DNA of 64,000 bases, taken from the NCBI GenBank assembly GCA_963849325.1, contig CAWKHF010000002.1:1-64000 (forward strand). The letters run 5' to 3'. Below the pieces are notes generated by a model. It saw only the letters and a list, made by a program, of their open reading frames with translations, was not told where the DNA came from and ran no database searches. This stretch comes from an uncultured Planctomycetota bacterium. GTDB lineage: Bacteria; Planctomycetota; Planctomycetia; Gemmatales; Gemmataceae. Positions 30,517-41,333 of the stretch are shown piece by piece. Position numbers and translations under genes: made by a program. Each line of letters begins with the position of its first letter. Position 1 is the first letter of the stretch.

Positions 30517-31785
30517 TCAGCCGAGCAATTCCTTGATGGGGTTGGCGCCCTTATCGACGATGCGGATGGGCCGGCCGATGGGCGTGTTGTTCTGCTTCTT
30601 CCAGTTGATGCCGAGCAGTTCGCAAGCGGTGGCCATGAAATCCAGGGCCGAGATGGGCCGCTCGACCACGGCGGCCCCTTCCTTGTCGGTCTTGCCGACG
30701 ACCTGTCCGCCCTTGAGTCCGCCGCCGACCATGACCGTGCTCCAGGCGCGCGGGTAGTGATCGCGGCCGGGCTTGGCCCCGCGGCTGTTGATCTTCGGCG
30801 TGCGGCCGAACTCACCCATCCAGATCACGAGCGTACTATCCAGCAAGCCGCGCTGCTTGAGGTCCGTCACCAGCGAGGACATCGCCGGATCGACCTGCTG
30901 CGACAACTGTTTGACGCGATCGAAGTTATTCTGATGCGTGTCCCACTGCGGCAGCGTGACCTCGACGAAGGACACGCCGGTCTCGACGAGCCGGCGGGCC
31001 AGCAGGCAGCCGTCGCCGAACCGGCTGGAGCCGTAGGCTTCGCGCACCGAGGCCGGCTCCAGCGACAAATCGAACGCCTTGGCTTCCTTCGACTGCATCA
31101 AGGTGACGGCCCGCTGATAGGTCGTCTTGTGGTCGGCGCTGGCGTCGGCCTTGTAGTCGCGGTAGAAGGCCTGTTCCATGTCCTGGAGCAGTCCCATGCG
31201 ATCGTGGAAGTGACTGCCGTTCACCAGCGGCTTGAGGTTTTCGACGCCGCGAGCGGCATCGGCGAGGATGAGCGGAGCATGGCGGACGCCAAGGAAGCCG
31301 GCCCCGAAGCTGCGGGCGCCGATAGCGACGTAATTGGGCATCGGCGCTTCGGGCCGGCCAATCTCGGCGGACACGATCGAGCCGAGGCTGGGATAGGTCA
31401 GGCCGCCCTGCCCTTCCTTGTAGCCGGTGTGCAGATAATACTTGGCCCGGCCATGCGCCCCCTCGCCGGTGCTCATGCCGCGCAGGATGGCGGCATGGTT
31501 CATCAACCGAGCGAACTTCGGGAAGTGCTCGCTGATCTGAATGCCGGGCACGTTGGTGGCGATCGGCTTGAATTCGCCGCCGTCCTTGGTGCCGGGCTTC
31601 AAGTCGAAGGTATCCTTGTGGCTGGGTCCGCCGTCCATCCACAGAAGGATGCACGATTTATGCTTGCTCGGCGTGCCGGCCGCTCGACTCGCCAGCACCT
31701 TGAGCCAGCCCGACAGCGACACCGCCGACACGCCGGCAGCCGACAGTTTCAGCAAATCGCGGCGCGACAAATTCCCAATCATCAT
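30517..31785 (-). CDS. DUF1501 domain protein
   Basis: SRRDLLK Tat motif, WMDGGPSHKDTFDLKP, WDTH, GEFGRTP, GRDHYP. Confidence 0.93.
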   Translation of the reverse strand: MMIGNLSRRDLLKLSAAGVSAVSLSGWLKVLASRAAGTPSKHKSCILLWMDGGPSHKDTFDLKPGTKDGGEFKPIATNVPGIQISEHFPKFARLMNHAAILRGMSTGEGAHGRAKYYLHTGYKEGQGGLTYPSLGSIVSAEIGRPEAPMPNYVAIGARSFGAGFLGVRHAPLILADAARGVENLKPLVNGSHFHDRMGLLQDMEQAFYRDYKADASADHKTTYQRAVTLMQSKEAKAFDLSLEPASVREAYGSSRFGDGCLLARRLVETGVSFVEVTLPQWDTHQNNFDRVKQLSQQVDPAMSSLVTDLKQRGLLDSTLVIWMGEFGRTPKINSRGAKPGRDHYPRAWSTVMVGGGLKGGQVVGKTDKEGAAVVERPISALDFMATACELLGINWKKQNNTPIGRPIRIVDKGANPIKELLG

Positions 31786-31804
31786 CGTAGGGCTCCTCAA
31801 GAAA

Positions 31805-31852
31805 GCGATCGGCCATCAGCGATCAGCTTTTCCTGGCTGATCGCTGATGGCT
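31805..31852. repeat. Short heptamer inverted repeat (GCNATCA / TGATNGC)
   Basis: GCCATCAGCGATCAGC ... GCTGATCGCTGATGGC. Confidence 0.75.
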
Positions 31853-31857
31853 CCGTG

Positions 31858-33504
31858 TTAATGATTCAGGGTGAACTCACTGCTGTTGAGCAAGGCCCAC
31901 AGGATGTCGCCGTAGGCTTGCCGGGGTTCGTCGTGATACTTGCGCACCAGCTCCAGGGTGCGGGCCTTTTCGCGGGGGGTCGGCCGACGCGACAGCGTGG
32001 CCAGGTACAGGTGTTCGACGACCTCCGCCGGCGCCTTGCCGGACTGGAGGACCGGCCCGATCATGCCAGCGTTGTTGAGCTGAGGCGAGTTCATCAGGCG
32101 GAGCACCTGCGGGATGCCGGCCTGGTACTCGGTCGGGTCGGCGTTGTCGTCGCCCTTGAAGAAGTTGACGAACACCGTCCGCGGCGTGACATTGCGAAGG
32201 CGGATGGCCATGGCTCCCTGGCGACGGCCCACGTTCCCCTGGCGAGGGACGCCGACGACTTGAATCAGGGAATCGTAGATTTGCTCCGGTGTGAAGACCT
32301 TGACCGCCATGCGGCTAAACAATTCGGGTCCGGCGTCGCTGTTGCCGGCGATCGGTTTGCTCGTCCGCTGGTAGGACTCGCTGTTACATATGGCGCGGAG
32401 GAGGGATTGGACGTCGAAGCCGCCGGCGGCGAACTGGTCGGAGAGGTCGGCCAAAAGCTGTGGATGCGACGGATGATTGCCGTCGTGCATGTCATCGACC
32501 GGGTTGACGAGACCGCGGCCGAAGAATTGCGCCCACAGGCGGTTGACCATCGCTCGACTGAAGAAGGGGTTTTTCGGACTGGTCATCCAGTCGGCCAACA
32601 CCGGACGGTAGGCGTCGCCGCTGTCGAGCTTGGGCTGCTCGCCTTGCAGGAACTTCGGCGGCAGGCGCTTGGCCGAGATCGGCAGACGCAACGGCCGGCC
32701 CCGTCCGCTCTCGCCGACGTTTACCGTGCCGCCCTGCCGCGCAACCTGACGCGGATTGCCGTCGAAGCGCACCTTGGTGAAGAAGGCGGCCATGCCCCAG
32801 TAGGCTTCCTGTTTCCACGACGTAAAGGGATGGTTGTGGCACTGGGCGCATTGCAGTTGTACGCCAAGGAATACGCGCGTGGCGTTATCCGTCAGCTTGT
32901 CCGGCGTTTGGTTGGCCAGGAAGTAGACGACGGCGCCGTTCTTCTCCATGTCGCCTTCGGCGGTGACGATGTCGCGGACCATCCGGTCCCACGGCTTGTT
33001 TTGATTGAAGTTGTCTTCGAGCCATTTCGTCATCTTGTCGAAGGGGACGAAGCGGTTGTCGGAGGTGCGGGGCAGAAGGAGACTCTGCCAGATGTCGGCC
33101 TGATGCTTGCCGTAATCGCTGGAAGCGAGCAGTTCATCGATGAGCTTGGCGCGCTTGTTCGGCTCGCGGCTGTCGAGGAAGGTCGTGGCCTTGTCCACCG
33201 GCGGGATGCGGCCGGTGAGGTCGAGGTAGACGCGGCGAAGGAACTCGGCGTCCTCGCTGCGCGCTGAGGGGCTGACCTTCTCGGCCCGCAGGCGAGCGTC
33301 GATGGCCTCGTCGATGTGGTGCGCCAGTACATGGGCGTCCAGCTTGGCCCCCGCCGGCAGCGTGGAGGCGGGGGTTGCTTTCCCGCTTGGAGCGGGAGCT
33401 TTCTTGTTGGCGGCGTCGGTCGTGCCAGGGCCGGCGGCCAGGGCCAGCACGGCCAGCGGCAGGGCCAGGGAGGTCAATCGCATCGCTCCGGTGCGCCGTT
33501 CCAT
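31858..33504 (-). CDS. DUF1549/DUF1553 (PSD1) domain protein
   Basis: [54 protein letters not shown]. Confidence 0.93.
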   Translation of the reverse strand: MERRTGAMRLTSLALPLAVLALAAGPGTTDAANKKAPAPSGKATPASTLPAGAKLDAHVLAHHIDEAIDARLRAEKVSPSARSEDAEFLRRVYLDLTGRIPPVDKATTFLDSREPNKRAKLIDELLASSDYGKHQADIWQSLLLPRTSDNRFVPFDKMTKWLEDNFNQNKPWDRMVRDIVTAEGDMEKNGAVVYFLANQTPDKLTDNATRVFLGVQLQCAQCHNHPFTSWKQEAYWGMAAFFTKVRFDGNPRQVARQGGTVNVGESGRGRPLRLPISAKRLPPKFLQGEQPKLDSGDAYRPVLADWMTSPKNPFFSRAMVNRLWAQFFGRGLVNPVDDMHDGNHPSHPQLLADLSDQFAAGGFDVQSLLRAICNSESYQRTSKPIAGNSDAGPELFSRMAVKVFTPEQIYDSLIQVVGVPRQGNVGRRQGAMAIRLRNVTPRTVFVNFFKGDDNADPTEYQAGIPQVLRLMNSPQLNNAGMIGPVLQSGKAPAEVVEHLYLATLSRRPTPREKARTLELVRKYHDEPRQAYGDILWALLNSSEFTLNH

Positions 33505-33641
33505 AGGTCCATCTCCGATATCGATGTCCGAGAGCTATCCACCGTCAGCGGGTGGAGGGTATGAGTCTCTAACCCCGCCCCTGGGAGAAAGTTTCGCGGC
33601 GGAGGAGAATTTCGTTTGCCTTCCTTCTCAGGGGGCAATTC

Positions 33642-33696
33642 TCCGAGCCTGAAGCGTAAGCGAAGGATATGTCTTCGCTTACGCTTCAGGCTCGGA
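33642..33696. repeat. REP-like inverted repeat (AGCC family)
   Basis: TCCGAGCCTGAAGCGTAAGCGAAG / CTTCGCTTACGCTTCAGGCTCGGA; similar to 18175-18232. Confidence 0.9.
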
Positions 33697-33714
33697 TGGG
33701 GCTGGGAAGCCGGC

Positions 33715-35927
33715 TCAATGCTGGAAAAGAAATTCCTTGTGATTGAGCAGTGCCCACAGGATGTCTTCGAGGGCGTGGCGGCGAGGGGATCCCGAGTGAC
33801 GGAGTTTATCGAGCAGGATACGACCTTCCTCCTCGCTGGGAGGACGGCCCAGGCTCGCGAGGAAAAGTTCTTCGATGATCTTCTCGTCGGGTAGACCCGA
33901 GGCAGCGAGACGGGCGGGGCGGCCGGCGGGGTCGCTCAGCAGAGCGTGGACCGTGCGTCCGGCGACGAGGTGAAGCGCTTGGCCGAGATTGGTGTCCGCA
34001 TCGCGCTCGCACTCGCAGACCATGGCGCGAGCGGGCCGGCCGAACGCCTCCAGGAAGGGATGCTTGTACTCGCCATCCGGCAGGGTCGTTGCGAGCGTGC
34101 CGAGAGGAAAGCCGGGGAACTTCACCGCCGTCCTCGTCGCCGAACTGATGGCGTCAAGCAGCTGTTCCGCTTGCAGCAGGCGCACGCGGGCATGGGAGAA
34201 ATACTTGCCATCCTCGGCATTGCCCGGCGTCGGGGTCGAGCTGAGCTGGTAGGTCCGTGAGGTGACGATGGTGCGAATCAGGTATTTGCGGTCGTAGCCG
34301 TGGCGGACGAAGTCGGCGGCCAAGGCGTCGAGCAGTTCTTCGTTGACCGGCAGGTTCGTGCCGCGGAAGTCATCGACCGGCTCGACGATGCCCTGGCCGA
34401 ACAGGTGATACCAGATGCGGTTGACAGCGTTGCGGGCGAAGAAGGGATTGTCGGGACTGGTCAGCCAGCGCGCCAGCACCTCGCGGCGATCCTCGCCCGG
34501 CCCGAGCACGGCCACAGGTCCGCCAAGGAAGCGCGGCGCGACCACCTGCCCGCTGCGCGGATGGACGACCTCGCCTTCGCGGGCCTCGTAGACCGTCTCT
34601 TCCTTGTCGTAGATCTGCACGAAGAAGGGACCATCGCGGTAGCGGACGCGCGCGAAGAACGCGGCCAGGCCGTAGTAATCGTCCTGCGTCCAGCGTTCGC
34701 CGGGGTGGTTGTGGCAACGAGCACAGCCGATCCGCACGCCGAGAAAGAGCTGGGCAACCTCCTCGGCCCGCACTTGCGGATTGCGCAGGCGGCGGTAAAA
34801 GCCGGCCGGTGGATGACTGTAATTGCCGCCGCGTCCCACGACGATACCGCGAGCCAGTTCGTCTTCGGGCACGTTGGCGAGCATCGCCTGCCGAATCCAT
34901 TCGTGATACTTGTGCGCCCCGATCTTGCCGACGAAACGCTGGTTGCAACCCAGTCGATCCGCCCACTTCGAGCGCCCACCAGTCGGCAAACTCCGGACGT
35001 TCCAGTAGCGCATCCGTCAGCTTCTCGCGCTTGCGGGGATCGCGGTCGGCGAGGAAGCGGCGAACCTCGTCGGGCGTCGGCAGTTTGCCGATGATGTCGA
35101 GATACACTCGCCGCAGGAACTCGCTGTCGTCGGACAAGGGCGACGGTCCCAGGCGCAGCAGGCGCAGCTTGGTGAAGACGTGGTGATCGATGTAGTTGTG
35201 CTCCGGCGGCGCCCGCCAAACGAAGCCGGGCGCGGCATCGCGGAAAAGGAGGCGAGCCGTGGCCATGTGGCCGAGGTATTCCGCCGTGACCGCCACCTCG
35301 CCGGCTTGACGTTTTTCCACGAGGCCATCGGAGCTGACTACGGCGATTGCCTCGTCGTTGACGCCGAAGCGCGTCAGGTGCGTGACGTTGCGCTGCGAAC
35401 CATCGCCGTAGTGGGCAATGACGCGGAGGGGTTGGCGGGTCGCCGGCTCGTCGAGGAGGACGCGGGCCGGAGACACTTCCAGGCGTTCGAGCGCCGCGGC
35501 GTGGGCCGAATCATCGCGGGCGCCCTCGGCGATCCAGCGGAGGAGCAGGTTGTACGGACGATCGCCGAGCGTCAGTCGTTGACCGCCCTCGTGCGGCACC
35601 TCGCCGGTGGCCTTGCGGAGAAGGAGGCTGACGGCCGGTTCCAGCAGGTCCAATCGGCGGCGCACGAACTTCGCGCGTCAGGGTGAGGATGTCGAGGGCG
35701 GGATCGTAGCCGCGCAGGCTGAGACGAAAGCCGTTCTTGCCGCTGGGCGTACCGTGACAGGTGCCGGCGTTGCAACCGGCCCGCGTCAAAAGGGGTCCGA
35801 CGTCGTGCCGGAAGCTAACCGGCCGGAGTTCGTTTGCCGCCCGGACGCCCGGCGAAGGGACGACGGACAGCAGTGCGAAACAAGCGGCGGAGGCCAGCAC
35901 ACGAGGACGGAGGGACAATCGAATCAT
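33715..35927 (-). CDS. DUF1549/DUF1553 protein with an N-terminal CxxxxCH motif and an Ig-like domain (indels)
   Basis: [63 protein letters not shown]. Confidence 0.88.
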
Positions 35928-36104
35928 GTTGCTACTCACCACGACGTCCGCGGATCGGCCCGCCGTACCCGCGAGGGACTCGTTCTCTTCCGTGCATCCT
36001 AGCTTGCCCGTGGCCGATTCACAACGCCCTTGCATTGACCCAGGCCCCGGCCAATAATCGAACGAAGGTGTGAAGCGTTCGTCCTGCCTCCTCGGGAGTA
36101 TCCT

Positions 36105-37478
36105 GTGCCTTCTCGCGATCGCATCGGCTGTGCGGACTTTCAGCGCGCGAAACTGAGCCGCCGCGCCGTGCTGAAAGTGGGCGCTTTGGGGCTGGCCGGG
36201 CTGAGCCTGCCGTCGCTGCTCGCCGCCGAGGAACGGCCGCGGAAAAGGAGAGCGAGCGCACGCAGCGTCATTTTGCTGTTCCAGTTTGGTGGGCCGAGTC
36301 ACCTGGACACTTTTGATCCGAAGCCCTCCGCGCCCAGGGAAATCCGCGGCGAATTCGCCGCGATCCCGACGCGCGTGCCCGGCATCGCGGTCAGCGAGCA
36401 CCTGCCGCGCCTGGCCCGGATCGCCGACACTTTCGCCCTCGTCCGCAGCGTCCACCATACCCGCTCCAGTCACAATCCCGGGGCGAATTACTCGCTGACC
36501 GGGCGCGAGCCACTTAATGCCCTGGTAACGGCCAACGCCTCGGCCACCGACTTTCCCCACCCCGGCTCGGTCGTCGATTACCTCGACCGCAGTGCGCGGA
36601 AGGTGCCGGCGTTCGTGTCGCTGCCGACGATGATCGCCGATGGGCCGTTCCGCACGCCCGGCGAGTTCGCCGGCTTCCTCGGCAAGATGTACGATCCGTT
36701 GTGGGTGCTCGCCGATCCCAACGCCACGGACTTCAACGTCGAGCAGCTGACGCTGCCGTCCGAGCTGGACGTCGAGCGCGTCCACGAACGGCGCTCGATC
36801 TTGCGGGAGCTGGATGCGAAAAGTCGGATGGCCGATCGCGTGGCCGCGGTCCAGGGGATGCAAGCGTATCGCGGCCGGGCGATCGACCTGCTCACCTCGC
36901 CGGCGACGCGCCAGGCGTTCGCCCTGCACGAAGAGAGCGATCGGCTGCGCGACCGCTATGGCCGAACGGCTTACGGTCAGAGCGTGCTCCTGGCGCGGCG
37001 GCTGGTCGAGGCGGGCGTGCGCTTCGTGACCGTGTATTACTCGCGTGGCATCAGCGGCTGGGACACGCACAAGGCCAACTTTGCCACCCTCAAGAACAGC
37101 CGACTGCCGCACACCGATCAGAGCGTATCCGCCTTGCTCGAAGATCTGCAAACGCGCGGTCTGCTCGGCGAGACGCTGGTGTACTGGACCGGCGATTTCG
37201 GCCGGACACCGAAGATCAACAAGGACGCCGGCCGCGATCACTGGCCCAAGTGTCAAACGGTGCTGATGGCCGGCGGCGGCATTCGCGGCGGTCAGGTGTA
37301 TGGCGCTTCCGACGCCATCGGCGCCGTCCCCATCGACCGGCCAGTTCGGCCCGACGATATCACCGCCACGTTGTTCCACGCCCTCGGCATCGATCCCGAG
37401 ACGATCATCCGCGATCAGCTGCACCGGCCCATGCCCATCTCGGCGGGTCAGCCGATCCACGCGCTCTTCGGTTCGTGA
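36105..37478 (+). CDS. DUF1501 domain protein
   Basis: [39 protein letters not shown]. Confidence 0.92.
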   Translation: MPSRDRIGCADFQRAKLSRRAVLKVGALGLAGLSLPSLLAAEERPRKRRASARSVILLFQFGGPSHLDTFDPKPSAPREIRGEFAAIPTRVPGIAVSEHLPRLARIADTFALVRSVHHTRSSHNPGANYSLTGREPLNALVTANASATDFPHPGSVVDYLDRSARKVPAFVSLPTMIADGPFRTPGEFAGFLGKMYDPLWVLADPNATDFNVEQLTLPSELDVERVHERRSILRELDAKSRMADRVAAVQGMQAYRGRAIDLLTSPATRQAFALHEESDRLRDRYGRTAYGQSVLLARRLVEAGVRFVTVYYSRGISGWDTHKANFATLKNSRLPHTDQSVSALLEDLQTRGLLGETLVYWTGDFGRTPKINKDAGRDHWPKCQTVLMAGGGIRGGQVYGASDAIGAVPIDRPVRPDDITATLFHALGIDPETIIRDQLHRPMPISAGQPIHALFGS

Positions 37479-37556
37479 GGTAAGATGAAATAACTCTGCG
37501 CTGAATCGCGCCGGGGAACGAGCACGACTGGGACGACTGCCGCAAGGACAACGCTC

Positions 37557-39203
37557 ATGGCCCCGCAAGTCCGCGCCCTGTTCGCCGCCGTCTGCTGGAG
37601 CACAGCCGCCGCTGCGCCGGTCCTGGCCGTGGAACCGGCCGGCGACGAGCAACTCCTGCGCTCGGCCGGCCTCGCCACCGATGACGCCGCTCTGCTCGAC
37701 TTCTTCCGCAAGCAGACCACCGGCGAGGAGCTGCATCGGCGGACGCAGACGCTGATCGGACAGCTGGGCGCCGACTCCTTCCTGGTGCGCGAGAAGGGGA
37801 GCGGTGAACTCGTCATCCTGGGGCCGGCGGTGGTTCCCTTGCTGCGTCAGGCGATCCGCGACAATCCGGACCTCGAGGTGCGCCGCCGCGCCCGCGCTTG
37901 CGTCGAACAGATCCGGATGGATCGTCCGTCGTCCATCGCCGCGGCCGCCGCCCGACTTCTGGCCGTGCGCCAACCCGACGGCGCGGCCGAGACGTTGCTG
38001 GCCTTCCTGCCCGGTCCTTACGACGACGACGTAGTCGAGGAGGTCCAGGCGGCGCTGGTCGCCCTTGCTCGCGGCGATGGCCGGCGCAATCCACTCTTCG
38101 TCGCCGCGTTGACGTCCGCGACGCCGGCGCAGCGGACGGCCGCCGCCGTTGCCCTTTGTCGCGCCAGCCCCATCGAAGACAGGTCCTCCGTGCGGCGATT
38201 ACTTCAGGACAAGGAAGCCAGTGTCCGCTTGCCGGTCGCCCGAGAACTGGCAATCGCCGGCGAGAGGGATGCCGTGCCCGTGCTGATTGAGTTGCTGGCG
38301 CAGCTGCCTGCAAGGCAGGCGGCGCAGGCCGAGGAGCTTCTCTATCGGTTGGCCGGACCCGCTGCGCCGCAGGTCTCGCTCGGTGACGAGCCGGCCGCGC
38401 GTCTGCCGTGCCGCGATGCCTGGCGGCGCTGGTGGCGCGACGAGGGCGGTCACGTCGCCCTGTCCGTGCTGAAGGACGCGGAGCGCCTGCTCGGTTATAC
38501 GCTGCTCGTGCTGCTCAACGACAACCGCGTTGTCGAATGGGACCGCGAAGGCAAGCCGCGCTGGCAGATCAAGGGACTCGCTTCGCCGCTAGACGCCGAG
38601 GTGCTGCCCGGCCAGCGCGTGCTCATCGCCGAGCACGACACCAAGCGCGTCACCGAACGCAACTTCCAGGGCGAGATCCTGTGGGAGAAAAAGCTGGGCG
38701 AATCGCCGATCCACGCCCAACGGCTGCCGGGCGGCGTCACCTTCATCGCCACGCGGAGCCGGCTGCTGGAAGTGGATCGCTCCGGCACGAAAGAGGTCGT
38801 CCGCTATCGCTCGGACCACAACATCATCACGGCCCGGCGCTTCTCCGATGGCCGGGTCGGCTGCATTGAGAAGGGCGTGTATTTCGAGCGCGACGCCGAC
38901 GGTAAGGAACGGAGACGCTTCGCGGTCAGCCGAGGCGTCTTCACCACCAACGCGCTGACGCTGTTGCCCAACGGAAACCTCCTCATCGCGGCCTACGGGG
39001 GCGGCATCGTCCAGGAGTACGATCGCGCCGGCAAGGTTGTCTGGGAAGTCCGCCTGGGCCGGCCGCTGTGCGCCGTGCGGTTGCCCGGCGGTCACACGCT
39101 CGTATCCAGTCAAGACATGGTGCTGCTGGAGTACGATCGTGCGGGGAAGGAGGTCGCACGGCACGCGGCCCCGGGGCACCCCTGCCAGGTTCGCCGCCGC
39201 TGA
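37557..39203 (+). CDS. Exported HEAT-repeat + beta-propeller (PQQ/NHL-like) protein
   Basis: Signal peptide; HEAT-like [27 protein letters not shown]; propeller repeats [29 protein letters not shown]. Confidence 0.75.
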   Translation: MAPQVRALFAAVCWSTAAAAPVLAVEPAGDEQLLRSAGLATDDAALLDFFRKQTTGEELHRRTQTLIGQLGADSFLVREKGSGELVILGPAVVPLLRQAIRDNPDLEVRRRARACVEQIRMDRPSSIAAAAARLLAVRQPDGAAETLLAFLPGPYDDDVVEEVQAALVALARGDGRRNPLFVAALTSATPAQRTAAAVALCRASPIEDRSSVRRLLQDKEASVRLPVARELAIAGERDAVPVLIELLAQLPARQAAQAEELLYRLAGPAAPQVSLGDEPAARLPCRDAWRRWWRDEGGHVALSVLKDAERLLGYTLLVLLNDNRVVEWDREGKPRWQIKGLASPLDAEVLPGQRVLIAEHDTKRVTERNFQGEILWEKKLGESPIHAQRLPGGVTFIATRSRLLEVDRSGTKEVVRYRSDHNIITARRFSDGRVGCIEKGVYFERDADGKERRRFAVSRGVFTTNALTLLPNGNLLIAAYGGGIVQEYDRAGKVVWEVRLGRPLCAVRLPGGHTLVSSQDMVLLEYDRAGKEVARHAAPGHPCQVRRR

Positions 39204-39279
39204 GGCTAACCCTCTCGCGCCTACAATAACGAGTGGATCGATGCGGACGGACCGAGAACAAGAACGAACAGGAGTAGCA

Positions 39280-39690
39280 ATGGAAGAGAAAATCCACAAG
39301 AGCGAGGAAGAATGGCGCTCATCACTGACCGAGGCACAGTACCAGGTGACGCGCCGCAAGGGCACCGAACGAGCGTTTCAGAACGAATACTGGAACAACC
39401 ACGCGGACGGCATCTATCGCTGTGTCTGCTGCGGCCAACTGCTGTTCGACGCGGCAACGAAGTACGATTCGGGCACCGGCTGGCCGAGTTTCTGGCGACC
39501 GGAGGACGACCACAACGTCTCGCTGCACGAGGACCGCAGCGGCTTCGCAGTCCGCACCGAGGTCTGTTGCAGCCGCTGCGAAGCGCACCTCGGACACGTC
39601 TTCGAGGACGGACCCGCGCCGACCGGCCGGCGCTACTGCATGAACTCCGCCGCCTTACAGTTCATACCACGGAGAAGTGAAAAAACCTAA
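39280..39690 (+). CDS. msrB: Peptide-methionine (R)-S-oxide reductase
   Basis: GTERAF, CVCC, KYDSGTGWPSF, HLGHVFEDGP, RYCMNS. Confidence 0.97.
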   Translation: MEEKIHKSEEEWRSSLTEAQYQVTRRKGTERAFQNEYWNNHADGIYRCVCCGQLLFDAATKYDSGTGWPSFWRPEDDHNVSLHEDRSGFAVRTEVCCSRCEAHLGHVFEDGPAPTGRRYCMNSAALQFIPRRSEKT

Positions 39691-39786
39691 TCACCACGGA
39701 ATACACGGAAAAGACGGAAAAAAGACAAAAGAACACACTCGATACTCTCTTTTTTTTATCCGTGTTATCCGTGTTATCCGTGGTTA
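39691..39786. repeat. Inverted-repeat element, family A
   Basis: TCACCACGGAATACACGGAAAAGACGGAAA and TCCGTGTTATCCGTGTTATCCGTGGT. Confidence 0.85.
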
Positions 39787-39797
39787 ATGATTTTCCC

Positions 39798-40988
39798 TCA
39801 GCCGAGGGAGCGGTAGACGGCATCGACCAGGCTCTGGCCGCGCTCGTTCAGACAAACGCCGCGGCCCTGCTTGTTCATCGTGTAGCCGAACGACATCCGC
39901 GCTGCGGGATCGGCGAAGCCGAGCGAGCCGCCCATCCCCGGATGACCGAACGCTTCTTCCGGCAAGATAATGCTGTCCCGCGCCCCCGGCGGTCCCCGGC
40001 GGTTGTCCGACGACTTCCAGAAACCCAGGGCGATCCGCAGACCAATCAGCAGCGTCGCATCGACGCCAATGGCCGAACTGACGGCGCTCATTTGCTTCAA
40101 TGTGTCCGCATCCACGAGGCGGCCGCCGCCCTGGGCCAGAGGCGCGTACATCCCCGCCAGGCCGCGCGCATTGGTGACGCCGCCCTGGCTAGGAAGGACC
40201 GCCTGATGGGCCTCGCGGGAATCGTGATCGCCAGCCGCCGTGCGCCGGCCGCTGTTCTTCACGGTCAATGCCTGGATGCTCGCCGGATCGTCGGCCATCC
40301 GCGCCAGGAAGCGCGAACGCGGCTCTCGTGGCGGCGGGGGATCGGCGCGAATCGTCGGCGCGATGCGCGGTTCGTGCTCCTCCGGCAAACCGATGTGGAA
40401 ATCGAGTCCGAGCGGTCCCGCCACTTCCTCGCGGAAAAAGGCGTCGAACGGCCGGCCGGACACGCGCCGCACCACCTCGCCAACGAGATGGCCAAACGTC
40501 GTCGCATGATAACCCTGCCGCGTGCCCGACTCCCAGAACGGCGCCTCGGCGGCGAGCACGTCAATCATGTACGGCCAATCGTATAACCCACCCGGCCGCA
40601 GCGGTTGGCGGATAGCCGGCAGCCCCGCCTGGTGATCGAGCAACATGCGGACGGTGATGCCGTCTTTGTCGGCTTGCGCGAACTCCGGCCAGTAGTGGGC
40701 GACGGGCCGGTCCAGGTCGAGCCGTCCGCGCGAGCCGAGCATGTGCGCACACAAGGCCGTTGCGCCCTTGGTGCAGGACCACACCAGGCCAATCGTGTCT
40801 CTCTCCCACGGTCGCCTCGTGTGGCGATCGGCCAGTCCGCCCCAGAGATCAACGACGGTTTGACCGTCGATCATCACGCAGACGGAGGCGCCGACCTCGC
40901 CGCGCTCGGCGAAGTTGCGCTCGAACTCGTCGCGGACGCCTTGAAAGCGAGGATCCCATGTCCCGTGGATGGACGTCGTGGATGCCAT
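39798..40988 (-). CDS. Serine hydrolase (beta-lactamase class C-like / EstA family)
   Basis: SxxK in WSCTKG, LLDHQAGL, GYH, FGHPGMGGS. Confidence 0.92.
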   Translation of the reverse strand: MASTTSIHGTWDPRFQGVRDEFERNFAERGEVGASVCVMIDGQTVVDLWGGLADRHTRRPWERDTIGLVWSCTKGATALCAHMLGSRGRLDLDRPVAHYWPEFAQADKDGITVRMLLDHQAGLPAIRQPLRPGGLYDWPYMIDVLAAEAPFWESGTRQGYHATTFGHLVGEVVRRVSGRPFDAFFREEVAGPLGLDFHIGLPEEHEPRIAPTIRADPPPPREPRSRFLARMADDPASIQALTVKNSGRRTAAGDHDSREAHQAVLPSQGGVTNARGLAGMYAPLAQGGGRLVDADTLKQMSAVSSAIGVDATLLIGLRIALGFWKSSDNRRGPPGARDSIILPEEAFGHPGMGGSLGFADPAARMSFGYTMNKQGRGVCLNERGQSLVDAVYRSLG

Positions 40989-40989
40989 T

Positions 40990-41298
40990 CTAAATGCGGG
41001 GTTGAACGCCCTCGGCTTCGACGCAACAGCGCAGGGCCGCCAGCAGCCGGTCGGCGTCATCCGGCGAACGAATGTCCTGCTGGAACAAGGCGCTGGCCCC
41101 ATGTACGCAGCACACGGAACCGGCGTGTTCGCAACGATCCATGCACTCGGTCTCGACGACGCGGAGCTTGTAGGGAAGGCCGGACTCCTCGACCTGACGC
41201 TTGATCCACTTGCGCGGCGGTTCGTCGCACACGCGGCGCCAGGCCTTGCGGCAGTCCTTGCCGGTGCAGAGGAACACCATCACGGATGTCTTGCTCAT
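40990..41298 (-). CDS. Thioredoxin-like (2Fe-2S) ferredoxin domain protein
   Basis: FLCTGKDC...TECMDRC. Confidence 0.65.
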   Translation of the reverse strand: MSKTSVMVFLCTGKDCRKAWRRVCDEPPRKWIKRQVEESGLPYKLRVVETECMDRCEHAGSVCCVHGASALFQQDIRSPDDADRLLAALRCCVEAEGVQPRI

Positions 41299-41333
41299 CG
41301 GCGGACCTCCTCCGAGATGTCACTGCCTTCATT

